NCBI GenBank assembly: GCA_051313645.2
Contig: JBNRSN020000053.1
Coordinates: 3,596,001-3,660,000, forward strand
From: Centroscyllium fabricii
Taxonomy: Eukaryota
Reading direction: 5' to 3'
DNA: 64,000 bases
Shown: in pieces, positions 60,954 to 64,000 of the stretch
Layout of the letters: the number at the start of each line of letters is the position of its first letter
Numbering within the stretch: position 1 is the stretch's first letter
Program-made: the position numbers and the translations under genes
The notes under the pieces: model-generated
The model's database searches: none
The model's input: the letters and a program-made list of their open reading frames with translations, nothing else
What the model was told of the DNA's origin: nothing

Positions 60954-63136
60954 TGTTTCTGGGGGGATTGACGGTGGATAGACAATGGCAAGCATTCAAA
61001 GATAGAATGGAAGAATTACAGAACTTGTTTATACCGGTTTGGCATAAAAATAAACCTAAAAAGGTGACTCAGCCGTGGATAACAAGGGAAATTAGGGACA
61101 ACATAAAATCCAAAAAAAGGACCTATCAATTGGCCAAAAAAAGCACCAGACCTGAAGATTGGGAGCAGTTCAGGATACAGCAAAGGAGGACAAAGGGATT
61201 AATCAGGAGGGGGGAAATAGATTACGAAAGTAAGCTTGCGGCAAACATAAAAACCGACTGCTTTTATAGGTATATCAGGAGGAAAAGATTGGTAAAATCC
61301 CAAGTCGGTCCCTTGCAGTCCGATTCAGGGGAATATATAATGGGGAATAAGGAAATGGCAGACTAATTAAATTCATATTTTGGTTCTGTCTTCACAAAGG
61401 AGGACACAAATAACCTCCCTGGGATATCGGGAAACATAGGGACTAATGCAAGGGAGGAGCTGACAGAAATCAATATTTCTAAGGATATGGTGTTGGGGAA
61501 GTTGAAGGGATTGAAGGCCGACAAATCCCCAGGGCCTGATAATCTACATCCTAGGCTACTTAAGGAGGTGGCCCTGGAGATAATAGATGCTTTAAGGATC
61601 ATTTTCCGGAACTCGATAGACTCGGGAACAGTACCCATGGATTGGAGGGTAGCTAATGTTACCCCACTATTTAAAAAGGGGGGTAGAGAAAAAGCAGGGA
61701 ATTATAGACCAGTAAGCCTTACATCAGTAGTGGGCAAAATGATAGAGTCCATTATTAAGGATGTAATAGCGGAGCACTTGACAAATAGGGACGGGATCGG
61801 ACAGAGTCAACATGGATTTACAAAAGGTAAATCGTGCTTGACTAATCTATTGGAATTCTTTGAGGAAGTAACTGGTAAAATAGATGGGGGAGAGCCAGTA
61901 GATGTGGTGTACCTTGACTTCCAGAAAGCCTTTGATAAGGTCCCACATAAAAGATTAGCATGCAAAATTCAGGCTCATGGGATTGGGGGCAAAGTATTGA
62001 CGTGGATAGAGAACTGGCTGGCAGATAGAAAACAGAGAGTTGGAATAAATGGCTCGTTTTCTGAGTGGCAGGCGGTGACTAGTGGGGTGCCGCAGGGATC
62101 TGTCCTGGGGCCCCAGCTGTTCACAATATATATTAATGATCTGGACCAGGGAATTGGATGCAACATCTCCAAATTTGCAGATGACACTAAACTAGGAGGG
62201 GGGTGGGCTCTGAAGAGGATGTCAGGAAGCTCCAATGCGATTTGGACAAGTTGGGGGAATGGGCAGATACATGGCAAATGCACTATAATGTGGATAAATG
62301 TGAGGTTATCCACTTTGGGGGAAAAAACAGGAGGGCAGATTATTATTTAAATGGCAATAGATTGGGAGATGGGGAAGTGCAGAGAGACCTGGGTGTTCTT
62401 ATGCACCAGTCACTGAGGGCGAGCATGCAGGTGCAACAGGTGGGAAAGAAGGCAAATGGTATGTTGGCCTTCATATCAAGAGGGTTCGAGTATAGGAATA
62501 AGGATACCTTAATACAGCTGTACAAGGCACTGGTGAGACCCCACCTTGAGTATTGTGTACAGTTTTGGTCGCCTCATCTGAGGAAGGATGTTCTTGCCAT
62601 GGAAGGAGTGCAGCGGCGATTCACCAGGATGATACCTGAAATGGCAGGAATGACCTATGAGGAGGGATTGTGTAGTTTGGGCTTGTACTCGCTGGAGTTT
62701 AGAAGATTGAGAGGGGATCTCATTGAAACATATAAAATTCTGACAGGCCTGGACAGGTTAGATTCAGAAAGAATGTTTCCAATGGCGGGGGAGTCCAGAA
62801 CCAGGGGCCACAGTCTAAGGATAAGGGGTAAACCATTTAGGACAGATATGAGGAAGAATTTCTTCACCCAGAGAGTGGTGAGCCTGTAAATTCCTTGCCA
62901 CAGAGGGCAGTGGAGGCCAGTTCATTAAATATATTTAAGAGGGAATTTGATATACTTCTTCAGGCTGAAAGGATTAAGGGTTACGGAGAGAAGGCGGGGA
63001 TGGGGTACTGAACTTGAAAGATCAGCCATGATCTCAGCCAAAGATCAGCCATGATCTCATTGAATGGTGGAGCAGGCTCGAAGGGCCGAATGGCCTACTC
63101 CTGCTCCTATCTTCTATGTCTATGTCTATGTCTATG
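60954..63136 (+). mobile_element. 5'-truncated CR1 LINE with disrupted ORF2, inserted in the satellite
   Basis: [46 protein letters not shown] and RPHLEYC motifs. A stop at 61364-61366 and a frameshift near 62200 break the ORF; the tail is (ctatgt)n. Confidence 0.92.
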
Positions 63137-64000
63137 ACCCAATGAATGGAACAGTCCCCGGCCCCCATTGAATGTAACAGTCCCTGGTCCCCATTCAATG
63201 GAACAGACCCCGGTCCTCATTGAATGGAACAGTTGTCACTCCCCGTTGAATGGAACAGTCCCCGGTTCCTGTTGAATGGAACGGTCCCCGGTCCACCTGG
63301 AATGGAACAGTCCCCGGTCCCCAATTAATGGAACAGTCCCCAATCACCATTGAATGGAACAGTCACCGGTCCCCAATGAATGGAACAGTCCCCAGTCCCC
63401 ATGGAATGGATCAGTCCCTGGTCCGCATTGAATGGAACAGTCCCTGGTCCACTATGAATGGAACAGTCCCCAATCCCAATTGAATGGAACAGTTCCCAAT
63501 CCCCATTGAATGGAACAGTCCCCAGTCCCCAATGAATGGAACAGTCCTCAGTCTCCATGGAATGGAACAGTCCGTGGGCCCCAATGAATGGAATAGTACC
63601 CGGTCCCCAATTGAATGGAACAGTCCCCGGACCCCATTGGATGGAACCGTCCTGAATCGCCATGGAATGGAACAGTCCGCGGGCCCCCATGAATGGAACA
63701 GTCTCTGGTCCCTATGGAATGGAACAGTCACCGGTCCCCATTGAATGGAACTGTCCCCGGGCCGCAATGAATGGAACAGTCCCTGGTCACCATTGAATAG
63801 AACAGCCCCCGGTCCCCATTGAATGGAACAGTCCATGGGTCCCAATGAATGGAACAGTCCACGGTTCTCCAATTAATGGAACAGACCCCAGTACCCATTG
63901 AATTGTACAGTCCCCGGCACCCAATGAATGGAAGAGTTCCCAGTCCCCAATTAATGGAACAGTTCCCAATCCCCATTGAATGGAACAGTCCCCGGTCCCC

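Larger units (their letters stand above)
22181..64000. repeat. 26-bp satellite array with higher-order structure, running off the window end
   Basis: Consensus AATGGAACAGTCCCCGGTCCCCATTG repeats head-to-tail in one orientation; roughly 1200 monomers after subtracting about 10 kb of insertions (estimate). Confidence 0.97.

Noticed and set aside
22181-64000. Hundreds of ORFs up to 519 aa encoding MGTGDCSIQWGPGTVPFNGDRGLFHS-like repeats
   Set aside because: The 26-nt minus-strand monomer has no stop in any frame, so three monomers give the same 26-aa peptide in all frames. Stops and indels fall at random, so there is no sign of coding selection.
22181-64000. CRISPR-like look of a constant core alternating with variable segments
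   Set aside because: The variable parts are short point variants of one consensus, not unique spacers. The context is eukaryotic and there are no cas genes.

Overview
Repeat-rich vertebrate genomic DNA, most likely from a shark or other cartilaginous fish (HE1/V-SINE, Deu-type SINE, CR1, L2 and Penelope repeats, plus a shark-type myoglobin). The only host gene is myoglobin on the minus strand: exon 1 at 4439-4521, exon 2 at 95-314, exon 3 outside the window. It has Gln in place of the distal E7 His, a duplicated exon 1/promoter copy inside an intronic L2, and a solo LTR about 100 bp upstream of its TATA box. Bases 6.5-21 kb hold nested Gypsy LTR retrotransposons and other retroelements. From about 22.2 kb to the end runs a 26-bp satellite (consensus AATGGAACAGTCCCCGGTCCCCATTG) with multi-kb higher-order duplications; the many short ORFs there are repeat artefacts. 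The satellite is interrupted by an RTE-X-like LINE, a CR1 LINE and two non-autonomous long-LTR elements. The most striking signal is tRNA-independent priming. Two divergent Gypsy families have a primer-binding site exactly complementary to their own LTR poly(A)-signal segment, with different but still paired sequences. The two non-autonomous elements show a Tf1/sushi-type 11-nt self-primer. All calls come from manual reading; no database searches were run.
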